This document shows positions 1 through 9,186 of a stretch of DNA of 31,869 nt, piece by piece. A program made the translations under genes and the position numbers. This stretch comes from a virus (Duplodnaviria > Caudoviricetes). The notes beneath the pieces are model-generated. The model saw only the letters and a list, made by a program, of their open reading frames with translations, did not search any database and was not told the DNA's origin. The stretch is taken from IMG/VR virus record IMGVR_UViG_3300037467_000545, positions 1 to 31,869 of that record, one strand, 5' to 3'. The first letter of the stretch is position 1. Each line of letters starts with the position of its first letter.

Positions 1-88
1 CGCCAGCCATCAGCCAATCAGCTCGACGCACGAACAGACGGGCGAGCCTGACGCGCAACTGACTGGCGGGGACAGATTGGAGGGCCGC

Positions 89-544
89 GTGACCACAATC
101 GCGACGGACGGCAAAACCATCGCTGCGGATGGACAAAGCACGGCTGGCGATATGGTGACAAGCGCGGACAGCAAGAAACTGCACAGACTGCCTGATGGTT
201 CGATTGTCGGCGGATGCGGGGAATTGTCTCCGATGCGTAGGGCAATCAACTGCCTGCACTCACCGGATGCGCATCCTGACGATCTGACTGGCGACTTCAC
301 GTTGGTCCGGCTTTATGCCGATGGGCGCATTGTCACTTACGAGGGGTGTCTGTTCGCGTTCGATCTCCCCGCTCCGGTAACGATTGGCAGCGGCCGCGAG
401 TTCGCAATGGGCGCAATGCTCGCGGGCAAGTCTCCGAAGGAAGCGGTGGAGATCGCAACCCAGCGCGACATCTATAGCGGCGGAACGATTACGGTCATGG
501 AGCCGGATAGACCGCCGAGCAACGTGGTCGAACTCGCGGCGTGA
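89..544 (+). CDS. HslV/proteasome beta-subunit-like Ntn-hydrolase peptidase
   Basis: GTG at 89 after GGAGGG gives M-T-T-I-A, so Thr1 would be the nucleophile after Met removal. Motifs AADGQ, DSKKL, IGSG..AMGAM and RDIYSGG match T1-family Thr proteases. The track start at 77 is probably too long. Confidence 0.8.
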   Translation: MTTIATDGKTIAADGQSTAGDMVTSADSKKLHRLPDGSIVGGCGELSPMRRAINCLHSPDAHPDDLTGDFTLVRLYADGRIVTYEGCLFAFDLPAPVTIGSGREFAMGAMLAGKSPKEAVEIATQRDIYSGGTITVMEPDRPPSNVVELAA

Positions 545-663
545 TTAAGCGCATCGCCCTCAAGTCTGCCGAGCTATTCGCATCCTGTTTCATTGTGGCA
601 ATCGCAATGAGCTACATCGAATGCGGACTGATGTTCTGCGAGGCGAGACGTCGGGACGACTAA
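541..663 (+). CDS. small hydrophobic hypothetical protein (40 aa, MIKRIALKSAELFASCFIVAIAMSYIECGLMFCEARRRDD)
   Basis: GTGA overlap with the upstream stop; one hydrophobic segment; below the ORF-track cutoff, translated by hand. Confidence 0.4.
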   Translation: MIKRIALKSAELFASCFIVAIAMSYIECGLMFCEARRRDD

Positions 664-674
664 TAACCCAGGCA

Positions 675-696
675 CCGCCCAGCCTTCGGGCAGCGG
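675..696 (+). promoter_or_regulatory. intergenic bulged hairpin with cUUCGg tetraloop
   Basis: CCGC-CCA-GCC-TTCG-GGC-A-GCGG immediately upstream of the GGAGGG ribosome binding site of the 711 ORF. Confidence 0.35.
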
Positions 697-710
697 GAAC
701 GGAGGGTGAG

Positions 711-923
711 ATGCAACTGCCAACCGGATATTCATGGCGGACGATTGAGCCGTGCAAGGCGGTGCTCCAGCACGATGAGTCTGGAAAGTCCTACGGCGTG
801 CGCGGTTTTGGCCCCACCCCAGTGCTGGAAAGTTGCGGCGCTAAGCAAGAGATTGCTTATGGCATCGCCAAGATAGAGCGTGAGTTGGAGCGTGATCGCC
901 GGTTTGCGGCAGGAATAAAATAG
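711..923 (+). CDS. hypothetical protein (MQLPTGYSW...)
   Basis: ATG at 711 after GGAGGG; its stop overlaps the GTG of the next gene. Confidence 0.6.
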   Translation: MQLPTGYSWRTIEPCKAVLQHDESGKSYGVRGFGPTPVLESCGAKQEIAYGIAKIERELERDRRFAAGIK

Positions 924-1189
924 TGGCGGATAATCCTCCCGCCGCTGGCCGTGGCAGGCCGAAGGGCGCACAGAACAAAACGACCCGCGCTGCCAAGGAG
1001 GCGATTGCCTACGCTGCCGAAGGATTGGGCGGCGCTGATCGTTTGGTCGCATGGGCGCAAGAGGACGCGAAGAACGAGGCCGCGTTCTGGACGACGATCT
1101 ATCCGAAGCTGTTGCCGGTTCAGGTAAGCGGCGAGGATGGCGCGGCGCTGGGTGTTGTCGTCTTCAAAGGGCTAAATGCAGACGGTTGA
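923..1189 (+). CDS. terS: probable terminase small subunit
   Basis: GRGRPKGAQNKTT basic motif and FW..IYPKLLP..V.G..G; overlaps the start of terL. Confidence 0.7.
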   Translation: MADNPPAAGRGRPKGAQNKTTRAAKEAIAYAAEGLGGADRLVAWAQEDAKNEAAFWTTIYPKLLPVQVSGEDGAALGVVVFKGLNADG

Positions 1190-2426
1190 ACTGATCTCGC
1201 CTTACGAGGTCCGCGACCAGTTCAAGCCGCTTCATTCACGAAACACGCGCTGGTTCATAGGCGTAGCGCACAGGCGGGCCGGAAAGACGGTCGCGGACAT
1301 CAACGAACTGATTATTGGCGCGCTCAAATGCGACAAGCCGAATCCGAGGTTCGCTTACGTCGCGCCGCAGTTGAACCAGGCCAAGGACATCGCGTGGGTC
1401 TATCTCAAGGAATACACGGCGTTCCTTTCTCCGAAGATTAACGAAAGCGAGCTTTGGGTCGAGCTTCCCGGCGGCAAGCGGATACGGATTTACGGGGCCG
1501 ACAACCCCGATCGATTGAGGGGCATCTATCTCGACGGCGTTGTGCTGGACGAGTTCGGGGACATGGACCCGACGATCTGGAGTCAGGTCATTCGGCCGGC
1601 GCTGTCGGATCGCAAGGGCTGGGCCTGCTTCATCGGGACGCCCAAGGGCAAGAACACGTTCCACAAGCTCTGGCTGGACGCGGAAGACGATCCCGACTGG
1701 ACCCGGCTGATGCTGAAGGCGTCGGCAACGGGGCTGTTGGATGCGAGCGAATTGTCCGACGCGCGCAAGGCCATGACCGAGGACGAATACGCCCAGGAAT
1801 ACGAATGTTCGTTCGAGGCCGCTGTAAGGGGCGCTTACTACGGCAAGGAGATGAACGAGGCCGAGGAGCGCATAACCGGTGTTCCTTACGATCCTCGCCT
1901 GCCTGTGCATACTGCATGGGACCTTGGCGTTGCTGATAGCACTGTCATTTGGTTTGTTCAGGTTGCTGGCAGAGAGACCCGACTGATCGACGTTCTCAAG
2001 GGTGAGGGCGTTGGGCTGGACTGGTATGCAAAGCGCTTGCAGGAGCGCGATTACGTCTGGGGCAATCATTATCTGCCTCACGACGTTGAGGTTCGCGAGC
2101 TGGGCACCGGCAAGAGCCGCAAGGAAGTTCTCGCCGGGCTTGGGATCAACGCGACGGTTTGCCCCAATATTCCATTAGCGGACGGAATCCAGGCCGTTCG
2201 GATGCTGCTGCCGACATGCTTCTTCGACAAGGCCAAGTGCAAGGACGGCATCGAAGCATTGCGGATGTATCGCCGCGAATATGACGAGAAGCGGCAGGAG
2301 TTCCGGACTCACCCGCTTCACGACTGGACGAGCCATTACGCGGACGCGCTGCGCTATTTCGCGGTCGGGCACGAGGAACGAGCGGGTTACAAGCCGATCA
2401 GGCGCGACACGCGGTGGGTCGTTTGA
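1176..2426 (+). CDS. terL: terminase large subunit
   Basis: Walker A HRRAGKT, Walker B LRGIYLDGVVLDE, motif III IGTPKG, nuclease WDLG..D and HDWTSHYADALRY. Confidence 0.95.
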   Translation: MQTVELISPYEVRDQFKPLHSRNTRWFIGVAHRRAGKTVADINELIIGALKCDKPNPRFAYVAPQLNQAKDIAWVYLKEYTAFLSPKINESELWVELPGGKRIRIYGADNPDRLRGIYLDGVVLDEFGDMDPTIWSQVIRPALSDRKGWACFIGTPKGKNTFHKLWLDAEDDPDWTRLMLKASATGLLDASELSDARKAMTEDEYAQEYECSFEAAVRGAYYGKEMNEAEERITGVPYDPRLPVHTAWDLGVADSTVIWFVQVAGRETRLIDVLKGEGVGLDWYAKRLQERDYVWGNHYLPHDVEVRELGTGKSRKEVLAGLGINATVCPNIPLADGIQAVRMLLPTCFFDKAKCKDGIEALRMYRREYDEKRQEFRTHPLHDWTSHYADALRYFAVGHEERAGYKPIRRDTRWVV

Positions 2427-2950
2427 GCGAGCTTCTCATCGGCTGCGGGAACAGCCGCGTGAAAAAGCTGAAACGCTCGCCGGACGATGGGTGGAGCGAC
2501 CTGACCACAATCGACCACGACCCGAATTGCGGGGCTGATGTCATTCACGATCTGGACGAAACACCGTGGCCGTTCGATGACAATGCGTTCGATGAGGTGC
2601 ACGCATACGAGGTTCTGGAGCATCTTGGAACGCAGGGAGATTACAGGAGCTTCTTCCGCCACTTCGGAGAGATTTACCGCGTCCTGAAACCGGGGGGCCT
2701 TTTGGCCGCGACCTGTCCGAGCTGGAAAAGCATCTGGGCATGGGGCGATCCTTCGCACACGCGCATCATTTCGCAGGCGAGCATATGCTTCCTCGATCAA
2801 TCGCAATACGAACGCCAAATCGGCACCAGCGCAATGACGGACTTTCGCTGGCTGTGGAAGGGCGACTTCGAGCCGATCCATGTCGAGGATGACGGCGAGC
2901 GGTTCACGTTCGGGCTGAGGGCGATCAAGCCTTCGAGACTGAAGGAATAG
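2423..2950 (+). CDS. class I SAM-dependent methyltransferase (Methyltransf_11-like)
   Basis: LLIGCG motif I, DVIHDLD..PWPFDDNAFDEVHAYEVLEHL, EIYRVLKPGG, DPSH. TTG at 2423 overlaps the terL TGA (track start 2414). Confidence 0.8.
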   Translation: MSELLIGCGNSRVKKLKRSPDDGWSDLTTIDHDPNCGADVIHDLDETPWPFDDNAFDEVHAYEVLEHLGTQGDYRSFFRHFGEIYRVLKPGGLLAATCPSWKSIWAWGDPSHTRIISQASICFLDQSQYERQIGTSAMTDFRWLWKGDFEPIHVEDDGERFTFGLRAIKPSRLKE

Positions 2951-2951
2951 C

Positions 2952-5111
2952 ATGGCAACAGCACCGATGCTCGACCCGCAGGACGAACCTGTGGGCGGCG
3001 GAGCCATGTCCGACGATGAGCTTGCCTCACACCTTGCCGAGCATGAAACGCGCGCAATCGGCTATTACGAAGGCGAGATCGCTTCCGAGCAGGCTGATGC
3101 TCTGGATCGCTACTATCGCCGGCCATATGGGGATGAGCGCGACGGACGTTCGCAGGCGGTGGATGCGACCGTTGCGATCACGGTGGACAATGCGCTGGCG
3201 GCGATCCTCAAGCCATTCGTTTCATCGGATGAGACGGTTGTTTTCCAGCCCCGCCAGCCGGAAGACGAGGATCAGGCCGAACAGGCGACAGAATACGTCA
3301 ACTTTGTCCTCCACTCGGACAACTGCGGTTTCTCTATCCTGCATGACTGGTTCAAGGATGCGCTGCTCCAGAAGGTCGGCGTCGTAAAGGCGTATTGGGA
3401 AGACTATTCGCGTCCGCAGGCGGTTCGGCTTGAAAACCTTGACGCGGTCCAGCTTCAGCAGCTTCTCCAGACGGAAAAGGTAATCGACGGCCCGTTCGGT
3501 CCGGATGAGTTCGGGCTTTATGTTCTCGACATTGAGCGCATCGACCGCGACGGTAAAATCTGCATCGAGAACGTTCCGCCGGAAGAGTATCGCATTTCTC
3601 CGCAAGCGCGCCCCGGTCGCGTTCCGCCCTACGAAGCGCACATCACCCGCAAGAGCCGTTCAGAGCTCGTTGAAATGGGCTTTGACCATGAATCGGTCAT
3701 GGGTCTGTCGAAATCGTCGAACAGCGGCATAGACGACAGCCGATCGCAAGCCCGTTACGAAGACGAGGACCTGGGATCGCAGCGCCTCGATCAACCGGGC
3801 GGCGCAATGAACGAATTGGTCGATTTCAACGATGAGTTCGTCCAGATCGACTTCGACGGAGACGGAATTACCGAGCTTCGCCGCGTCATGCGTTCCGGCA
3901 ACGTCATCCTCTACAATGAGGAAGTAGAGTTCGCCCTGTTCGCACGGCTTTGCCCGGCCCCAATGCCGCACAAGATTTACGGGCTGAGTTTGGCGGATCA
4001 GGTCAAGGACGAGCAACGGGTTTCGACGGCCATTCTTCGCCAGACGCTCGACAACGTCTATCTTTCGAACAACCCGCGCCCCGTCGTTCCGCAGTCTGCC
4101 GAACGCGCGGACGGATCGACCATCAGCGATCTTCTGGACGAGGCTCCGGGCGCTCTAATCCGGACAAAGGACGGCACGGTAGAGTCCTTCGCCGTTCCGT
4201 TCGTTGCCGGGGAATCGTTCCCGATGCTGTCGTATGTCGAGCAGCGGGCGACGGCCAGAACCGGCATTTCGGCAATGGGTCAGGGGATGGACCCCGACGC
4301 CCTCGACACGGCTGGCCAGATGACGGCGACTCAAGCCGCCATCATGGAAGATGGGCGCAACAGCCGCGCCGAGATGATCGCCCGCATTTTCGCGGAAACC
4401 GGCGTCAAAGACCTGTTCCGCCTGATCCTCAAGCTGCTGGTCCAGCATCAGCCGAGGTCGCGAGTCATTCGCCTGCGGAACAAGTGGGTCGAGATGGACC
4501 CGCGCACATGGAACTCGGACATGGACCTGTCGATCTCGGTCGGCATGGGCGTTGGCAACAAGGCCGAGCAAATGGCGTCGGCGCAGATGGTCCTTCAGAC
4601 GATGGAAGCCCTTGGGGGAACGCCCTACGCATCGCTGATCGATTCCGAAAAGGTATTCAATGCGCTCAAGCGGCTGTTCAACGCCGCCGGGATCAAGTCA
4701 GTCACGGATTACCTGAACGAGCCGAAGCGCGACGAGCAGGGCAATCTCCAGGAGCCGCCTCAGCCGCCAGACCCGAAGATGATGGAGCTTCAGGCCAAGT
4801 TGCAGCTCCAGCAGCAGCAATTGCAGGCAAAGGCGGCGGCGGATCAGGCGGCGGCGCAGCAGCAGGCCCAGCAGGTCTTCTTCAACATGCAGCTTGAGCA
4901 ATCGAAGGCTGCCGCGAAAGCGCAACTGGATCAGGCTACGGCGTCGTTCCAGGCCGAGCTTGCCCAGCAGAAGTTCCACTTCGAGGCCACGATGGCGATG
5001 CTTGAGCAGAGGATGAACGAGCAGCTTGCCCAGCGTGACGCGGATCGTGCGGATACGATTGCACAGACGAAGATTTCGCAGAACCGCGATGGGGGCGACC
5101 TATCCAAGTAG
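2952..5111 (+). CDS. portal protein (P22/SU10-like) with Q/A-rich C-terminal coiled coil
   Basis: 719 aa after terL; DEDQAEQATEYVN, DWFKDALLQKVGVVK, IENVPPEE, IARIFAETGVKDLF. Confidence 0.9.
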   Translation: MATAPMLDPQDEPVGGGAMSDDELASHLAEHETRAIGYYEGEIASEQADALDRYYRRPYGDERDGRSQAVDATVAITVDNALAAILKPFVSSDETVVFQPRQPEDEDQAEQATEYVNFVLHSDNCGFSILHDWFKDALLQKVGVVKAYWEDYSRPQAVRLENLDAVQLQQLLQTEKVIDGPFGPDEFGLYVLDIERIDRDGKICIENVPPEEYRISPQARPGRVPPYEAHITRKSRSELVEMGFDHESVMGLSKSSNSGIDDSRSQARYEDEDLGSQRLDQPGGAMNELVDFNDEFVQIDFDGDGITELRRVMRSGNVILYNEEVEFALFARLCPAPMPHKIYGLSLADQVKDEQRVSTAILRQTLDNVYLSNNPRPVVPQSAERADGSTISDLLDEAPGALIRTKDGTVESFAVPFVAGESFPMLSYVEQRATARTGISAMGQGMDPDALDTAGQMTATQAAIMEDGRNSRAEMIARIFAETGVKDLFRLILKLLVQHQPRSRVIRLRNKWVEMDPRTWNSDMDLSISVGMGVGNKAEQMASAQMVLQTMEALGGTPYASLIDSEKVFNALKRLFNAAGIKSVTDYLNEPKRDEQGNLQEPPQPPDPKMMELQAKLQLQQQQLQAKAAADQAAAQQQAQQVFFNMQLEQSKAAAKAQLDQATASFQAELAQQKFHFEATMAMLEQRMNEQLAQRDADRADTIAQTKISQNRDGGDLSK

Positions 5112-5173
5112 ATGAAAACGCCCTTCGCGAGCGAGCCACGCTTGGCGCGACCTACAGGGAGCATCTTCCCGAC

Positions 5174-5365
5174 TTGCACGCGGCGATTGACGCGGTTGCC
5201 GATCAGTATTCGGCGGCATGGGCGGACACATTCGATCCGGCCCAGCGAGAGAACCTGTGGCTGGCCGTGAGGGTGTGCCGCAAGATGAAGGAACATTTCG
5301 GGGCGCTCGTTTCCGACGGAGCGGTCGCCACGCATCAGCTCACTGAGTTGAAAAGGCTCAAGTGA
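5174..5365 (+). CDS. small hypothetical head-module protein (frame open from 5039; true start uncertain)
   Basis: Fills the portal-scaffold gap; helical ..DPAQRENLWLAVRV.. pattern; coding-like sequence continues upstream to about 5108. Confidence 0.6.
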   Translation: MHAAIDAVADQYSAAWADTFDPAQRENLWLAVRVCRKMKEHFGALVSDGAVATHQLTELKRLK

Positions 5366-5401
5366 TTTCCGCCCTTCTGGGCATCAACGCAAAGGTGAAT
5401 A

Positions 5402-6478
5402 ATGACTGAAACTGCCCAGCCGGAGACGGCAGCAGAAAGTGAAGTCGCGTCCGATCCAATCGCGGATGCAGCCAACGCCTTCAAAACTTTCGACGAGAAC
5501 GCATCCGATAAAGCGGAGCGGGCTCGCAATGAAAAGGGCCAGTTCGTAAGCGAACAGGCCGAAGAAATCGAAGCCGACGAGGAAGCTGACGCTGACTCCG
5601 AGGCTGAGAGCCACGATGAAACGAACGAGACCGACGAGGCAGCCGATGAGGCCCAGCCGGAAGCGGTCGATCTTCCGCCATCGTGGCCCTCGGAATTGGC
5701 AGAGGAGTGGAATAGCCTCCCAGCCCCGTTGCAGGACAAGATCGTCCAGCGCGAGGCAGAGCGCGAAGCCGCAGTCAACGCCAAGTTCCAGGAAGCCGCC
5801 AACGTGAGAAAGGCCAACGAGGCCCTGATCGCCGAGGCAAACACCAATCGACAAAAGTTCATCGAAGCAGCCGATACCGTCCTTGCGATGGTAAGGCCGC
5901 AACGACCGCCCACGTCGATGCTTAACCGTAACTCATCCGATTACGACCCGGATACATACCACCTACTGAATGCACAGGCAGACGAAGCCGAGCGACACCT
6001 TTCCATCGTTCAACAGCAGCGCCAGCAGGCACTTGCCCAGTTCGAACAGGAAGTGGTGCAGGCCGAGCAACAGGAACAGGCGCAGATCGAGGAAAAGACC
6101 CGGCCCGCGCTGTTGAAAGACGTTCCCGATTTGAGCGACCCGCAGAAGCAGCCGGCGGCTCTAACCGAGATTGTCCGGTATGCGGTCCAGTCCGGAATCC
6201 CCGAAAGGGTGTTCGCGGACCCCGAGATCGCACGCGGCGTCACTTCTGCCCAAATCCATCTCGCATGGAAAGCAATGCAGTGGGACAAGCAGCAGACGGC
6301 CAAGGCCAAGGTCACTCCAAGGGCCCCGAAGCCCGCTGCTCCGGTAGTTCGTCCGGGCGTAACCACGTCGAGGAGCGCGGTTGAGAACGCACAGCGGAAG
6401 AAGGCTTTTGAGCGGTTGGATCGCAGCGGAAGCATCGAGGATGCAGCCGCGATCTTCAAACACGCATTCAAAGGTTAG
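5402..6478 (+). CDS. capsid scaffolding protein
   Basis: Acidic N-terminus, coiled-coil middle, basic C-terminus ending SGSIEDAAAIF; lies between portal and capsid. Confidence 0.75.
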   Translation: MTETAQPETAAESEVASDPIADAANAFKTFDENASDKAERARNEKGQFVSEQAEEIEADEEADADSEAESHDETNETDEAADEAQPEAVDLPPSWPSELAEEWNSLPAPLQDKIVQREAEREAAVNAKFQEAANVRKANEALIAEANTNRQKFIEAADTVLAMVRPQRPPTSMLNRNSSDYDPDTYHLLNAQADEAERHLSIVQQQRQQALAQFEQEVVQAEQQEQAQIEEKTRPALLKDVPDLSDPQKQPAALTEIVRYAVQSGIPERVFADPEIARGVTSAQIHLAWKAMQWDKQQTAKAKVTPRAPKPAAPVVRPGVTTSRSAVENAQRKKAFERLDRSGSIEDAAAIFKHAFKG

Positions 6479-6484
6479 CCAATC

Positions 6485-7432
6485 ATGGCCAAAGTAACTG
6501 GTGCGGTCGCCACCTACGACGTGACGACCAACCGCGAAGACCTCGCGGATACTGTCTATCGCATTTCGCCTGCGGATACTCCGTTCGTTTCGGCTGTTCC
6601 GCGCAGCAAGGCGACGAGCGTTCTCCACGAATGGTCGCTCGATACGCTGGACTCGGTCTCCACGACCAACGCCCAGCTCGAAGGCGGCGAGCTTTCTCGC
6701 GCATCCTCGACCAATCCGGCCCGGAAGAGCAACTACTGCCAGATCAGTTCGCGCGATGCGACTGTGTCGGGCACGCAGCGCGCTTCCAATCCGGCGGGCA
6801 TCGACGACATGATGGCCTTCCAGATGGCCAAGAAGTCGCTCGTTCTCCGTAAGGACATCGAAGCGATCCTTCTGGGCAATCAGGGCCAGAATGCCGGTAA
6901 CACCACGACCGCCCGCACCCTGCGTTCGTTCAACGCATGGATCAGCGGCAACGGTTCGCGCGGGACCGGCGGCGCGGACTCGACGGCTGCAACTGCGGCT
7001 GCGACGGACGCCACGACGACCAACCTCGTGACCTTCACGGAAACTCTCCTGAAGGACGCGATTCTGGACGCCTACACCGATGGCGGAGAACCGAGCCTGA
7101 TCCTGATGGGGCCGACGAACAAGCAGTTGTTCTCGGCGTTCACTGGCCGCTCGAACACTCGCGTTGCCATCAACGAAAACACCGTCCAGGCGGCTGCGAC
7201 CATGTATGCGTCGGACTTCGGCGATCTCAAGGTCGTCCCGAGCCGCACCATGCGTTCGCGCGATGTCTATGTGGTCGATACGTCGAAGGTGGCTGTTGCT
7301 TACCTTCGCGCGTTCGTCCCGCAGGACATTGCCAAGGTGGGCGATGCGGACACGAAAAATATCATCAGCGAATATACGCTGGAGATGCGTGCGCCGGACG
7401 CTCACGCGCTGATTGCCGATACCAACGGCTAG
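6485..7432 (+). CDS. major capsid protein (DUF5309/SU10-type)
   Basis: NREDLAD.VY.ISP.DTPF, HEWSLDTL, NYCQIS, VSGT, SDFG.L.VVP.R, EYTLE; 315 aa followed by a terminator. Confidence 0.9.
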   Translation: MAKVTGAVATYDVTTNREDLADTVYRISPADTPFVSAVPRSKATSVLHEWSLDTLDSVSTTNAQLEGGELSRASSTNPARKSNYCQISSRDATVSGTQRASNPAGIDDMMAFQMAKKSLVLRKDIEAILLGNQGQNAGNTTTARTLRSFNAWISGNGSRGTGGADSTAATAAATDATTTNLVTFTETLLKDAILDAYTDGGEPSLILMGPTNKQLFSAFTGRSNTRVAINENTVQAAATMYASDFGDLKVVPSRTMRSRDVYVVDTSKVAVAYLRAFVPQDIAKVGDADTKNIISEYTLEMRAPDAHALIADTNG

Positions 7433-7439
7433 TTGAACT

Positions 7440-7469
7440 GGGGCGGCTCTTAACGGGGTCGCCCCTTTT
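7440..7469 (+). terminator. rho-independent terminator after capsid gene
   Basis: GGGGCGGCTCT-TAAC-GGGGTCGCCCC stem followed by TTTT. Confidence 0.8.
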
Positions 7470-7484
7470 ACTGCGGGGGTGTGC

Positions 7485-7781
7485 ATGGCGAAGAAAGCCC
7501 TGCTCGACTTCGATCCGATCACCCGGCGCAAAAAGATTTACGCCGAGGAAGACGGGCGGAAGTTCATTGAGACGAAGCAGGACTGCGAAGGCATCATCGC
7601 CGCCGCAAAAGCCATGTCCGAGCTTCCTTATGATCGCGAGATGAAGCCGGTCGCGCTGATCCCCGAAGAGGTGCTTAACCAGGCATTCCTTGAGGGGTGG
7701 TTTGAAGATCCGATCGCATGGAAGCGTTGGGCCAACAACCCGGACAATCGGGCTTTCCGCATTACCGAGGGCCGCTTGTGA
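7485..7781 (+). CDS. hypothetical virion-module protein
   Basis: ATG at 7485 after GGGGG; VALIP....W..D...W.N.PDN..FR pattern; GTGA-coupled to the next gene. Confidence 0.7.
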   Translation: MAKKALLDFDPITRRKKIYAEEDGRKFIETKQDCEGIIAAAKAMSELPYDREMKPVALIPEEVLNQAFLEGWFEDPIAWKRWANNPDNRAFRITEGRL

Positions 7782-8530
7782 AGATTGCCCTGTGCATACC
7801 CTGCCACCGGCAGACTGAATCCAAGTTCACACAAGCCCTGACAGATATGGTGATCCACACCAGCCAGGCGATCATCGAATATGACGGCCAGAGGGTAACG
7901 CCGGACCTCAAGCTGTTCATCGTATCCTCTTCGTTGCTCACGGAATCCAGGAACCGGCTCGTCGCGGAAGCGATCAACTGGGAAGCCGATTACATGCTGT
8001 GGATGGACGCGGATCACGTTTTTCCGTGCGATGCGCTCCTTCGGCTTCTGGGGCGATCAAAGCTGGTCGTCGGCTGCAATTACGCTCGCCGTCACACTCC
8101 AACCGCCCCCACCGCATCGAAGCACGGCTCGGATGACGAGGTCGAGCTGATCTGGACTACCGAAGCGAAAGCGAAGGCGGAAGAGGTAGAAGAGGTCGCA
8201 CACCTCGGATTGGGTCTGTGCCTGATCGACATGAGGGTCTTCGCGCTACTCGAACAGCAGGCGGAGGCGGAAGGCAAGGACCACTTCTGGCCGCTCTTCC
8301 GGATCGACCCGACAGAGGATGGAATCCGGTTCGTTGGCGAGGACGTCTATTTCTTCAAGCGGCTTCGGGATGCGGGGATCGGGATATTCCTCGACCACGG
8401 CCTTAGTTGGCAGGTTGGGCATCTCCACGAGACTGTGCTGACCAACGCTCACGCCGAAATGCAGAAGGACCGCTTTCTTGAGTGGTCCAGGCGCAAGCTC
8501 GACAAATTCAAGAAGGGGGCCGCTGAATGA
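7778..8530 (+). CDS. GT-A fold (GT2-like) glycosyltransferase
   Basis: GTG at 7778; KIALCIP first strand, SRNRLV..A, LWMDADH (DxD), GLGLCLID..VF, GEDVYF..R, VGH. Confidence 0.75.
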   Translation: MKIALCIPCHRQTESKFTQALTDMVIHTSQAIIEYDGQRVTPDLKLFIVSSSLLTESRNRLVAEAINWEADYMLWMDADHVFPCDALLRLLGRSKLVVGCNYARRHTPTAPTASKHGSDDEVELIWTTEAKAKAEEVEEVAHLGLGLCLIDMRVFALLEQQAEAEGKDHFWPLFRIDPTEDGIRFVGEDVYFFKRLRDAGIGIFLDHGLSWQVGHLHETVLTNAHAEMQKDRFLEWSRRKLDKFKKGAAE

Positions 8531-9186
8531 GTATCTCGGTCGGCGTCCCTTCATCTTCGCCCATCCCCGATTACGCAACGCTTCTTACGACCGTTGGCGA
8601 TTGGCTGGACCGGGACGATCTCGCGGCCAAGATTCCGATGTTCGTTCAAATGGCGGAAGCGATGTTCAACCGCGAGCTTCGCACCCGTGAAATGGAAACG
8701 TCCACCCTTCTCACCGCGTCGGATGAGGACGTGGCGCTTCCTTCCGATTATCTGGCGATGCGCGCGATCTACGTAGAGGGTTCTCCGGATCGACCTCTTC
8801 GCGGGACGGTTCCGACCGCGCTTCGCGAGGAATACGACGGGTCGGTTGGAACGCCTGAGCTTTACGCCCTCATCGGCGGTGGTTTGCGGCTTATCCCGCC
8901 ACCGGATTCCGCTATCGTTCTTCACGTCGATTACTTCGCGCGGATTCAGGCGCTTTCCGACGCCAGCACGTCCAACTGGTTGCTCGAAAAGCACCCGGAC
9001 GCCTACCTTTACGGGACGCTGTTCAATGCCGAAGCGTTCCTAGATAATTCGACCCGCGCGGCACAGTGGAAGGGGCTGCTCGACGCGGTCATTGACCGGA
9101 TCAACACGACCGCCCAGGGCGACCGCTACGGTCCTGCGCCCATCGCTCGCGGAACGTGCAAGCAGGTTGGCGGGTCGAGGTGCTGA
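8527..9186 (+). CDS. head-tail adaptor (tail tubular protein A-like)
   Basis: DYATL...V.DWL.RDDL...IP.FV.MAEA.FNRELR; LPSDYL; SNWLL.KHPDAYLYG.L. Confidence 0.8.
   Translation: MSISVGVPSSSPIPDYATLLTTVGDWLDRDDLAAKIPMFVQMAEAMFNRELRTREMETSTLLTASDEDVALPSDYLAMRAIYVEGSPDRPLRGTVPTALREEYDGSVGTPELYALIGGGLRLIPPPDSAIVLHVDYFARIQALSDASTSNWLLEKHPDAYLYGTLFNAEAFLDNSTRAAQWKGLLDAVIDRINTTAQGDRYGPAPIARGTCKQVGGSRC

Noticed and set aside
3950-4897. 315-aa alternative-frame ORF inside portal
   Set aside because: R/G/P-rich off-frame translation typical of high-GC DNA; no SD or domain.
6161-7531. 456-aa minus-strand ORF, and similar long shadows at 1236-2081, 9460-10413, 11409-12218 and 12931-14259
   Set aside because: Antisense to well-supported structural genes; expected from GC-rich codon bias; no recognisable motifs.
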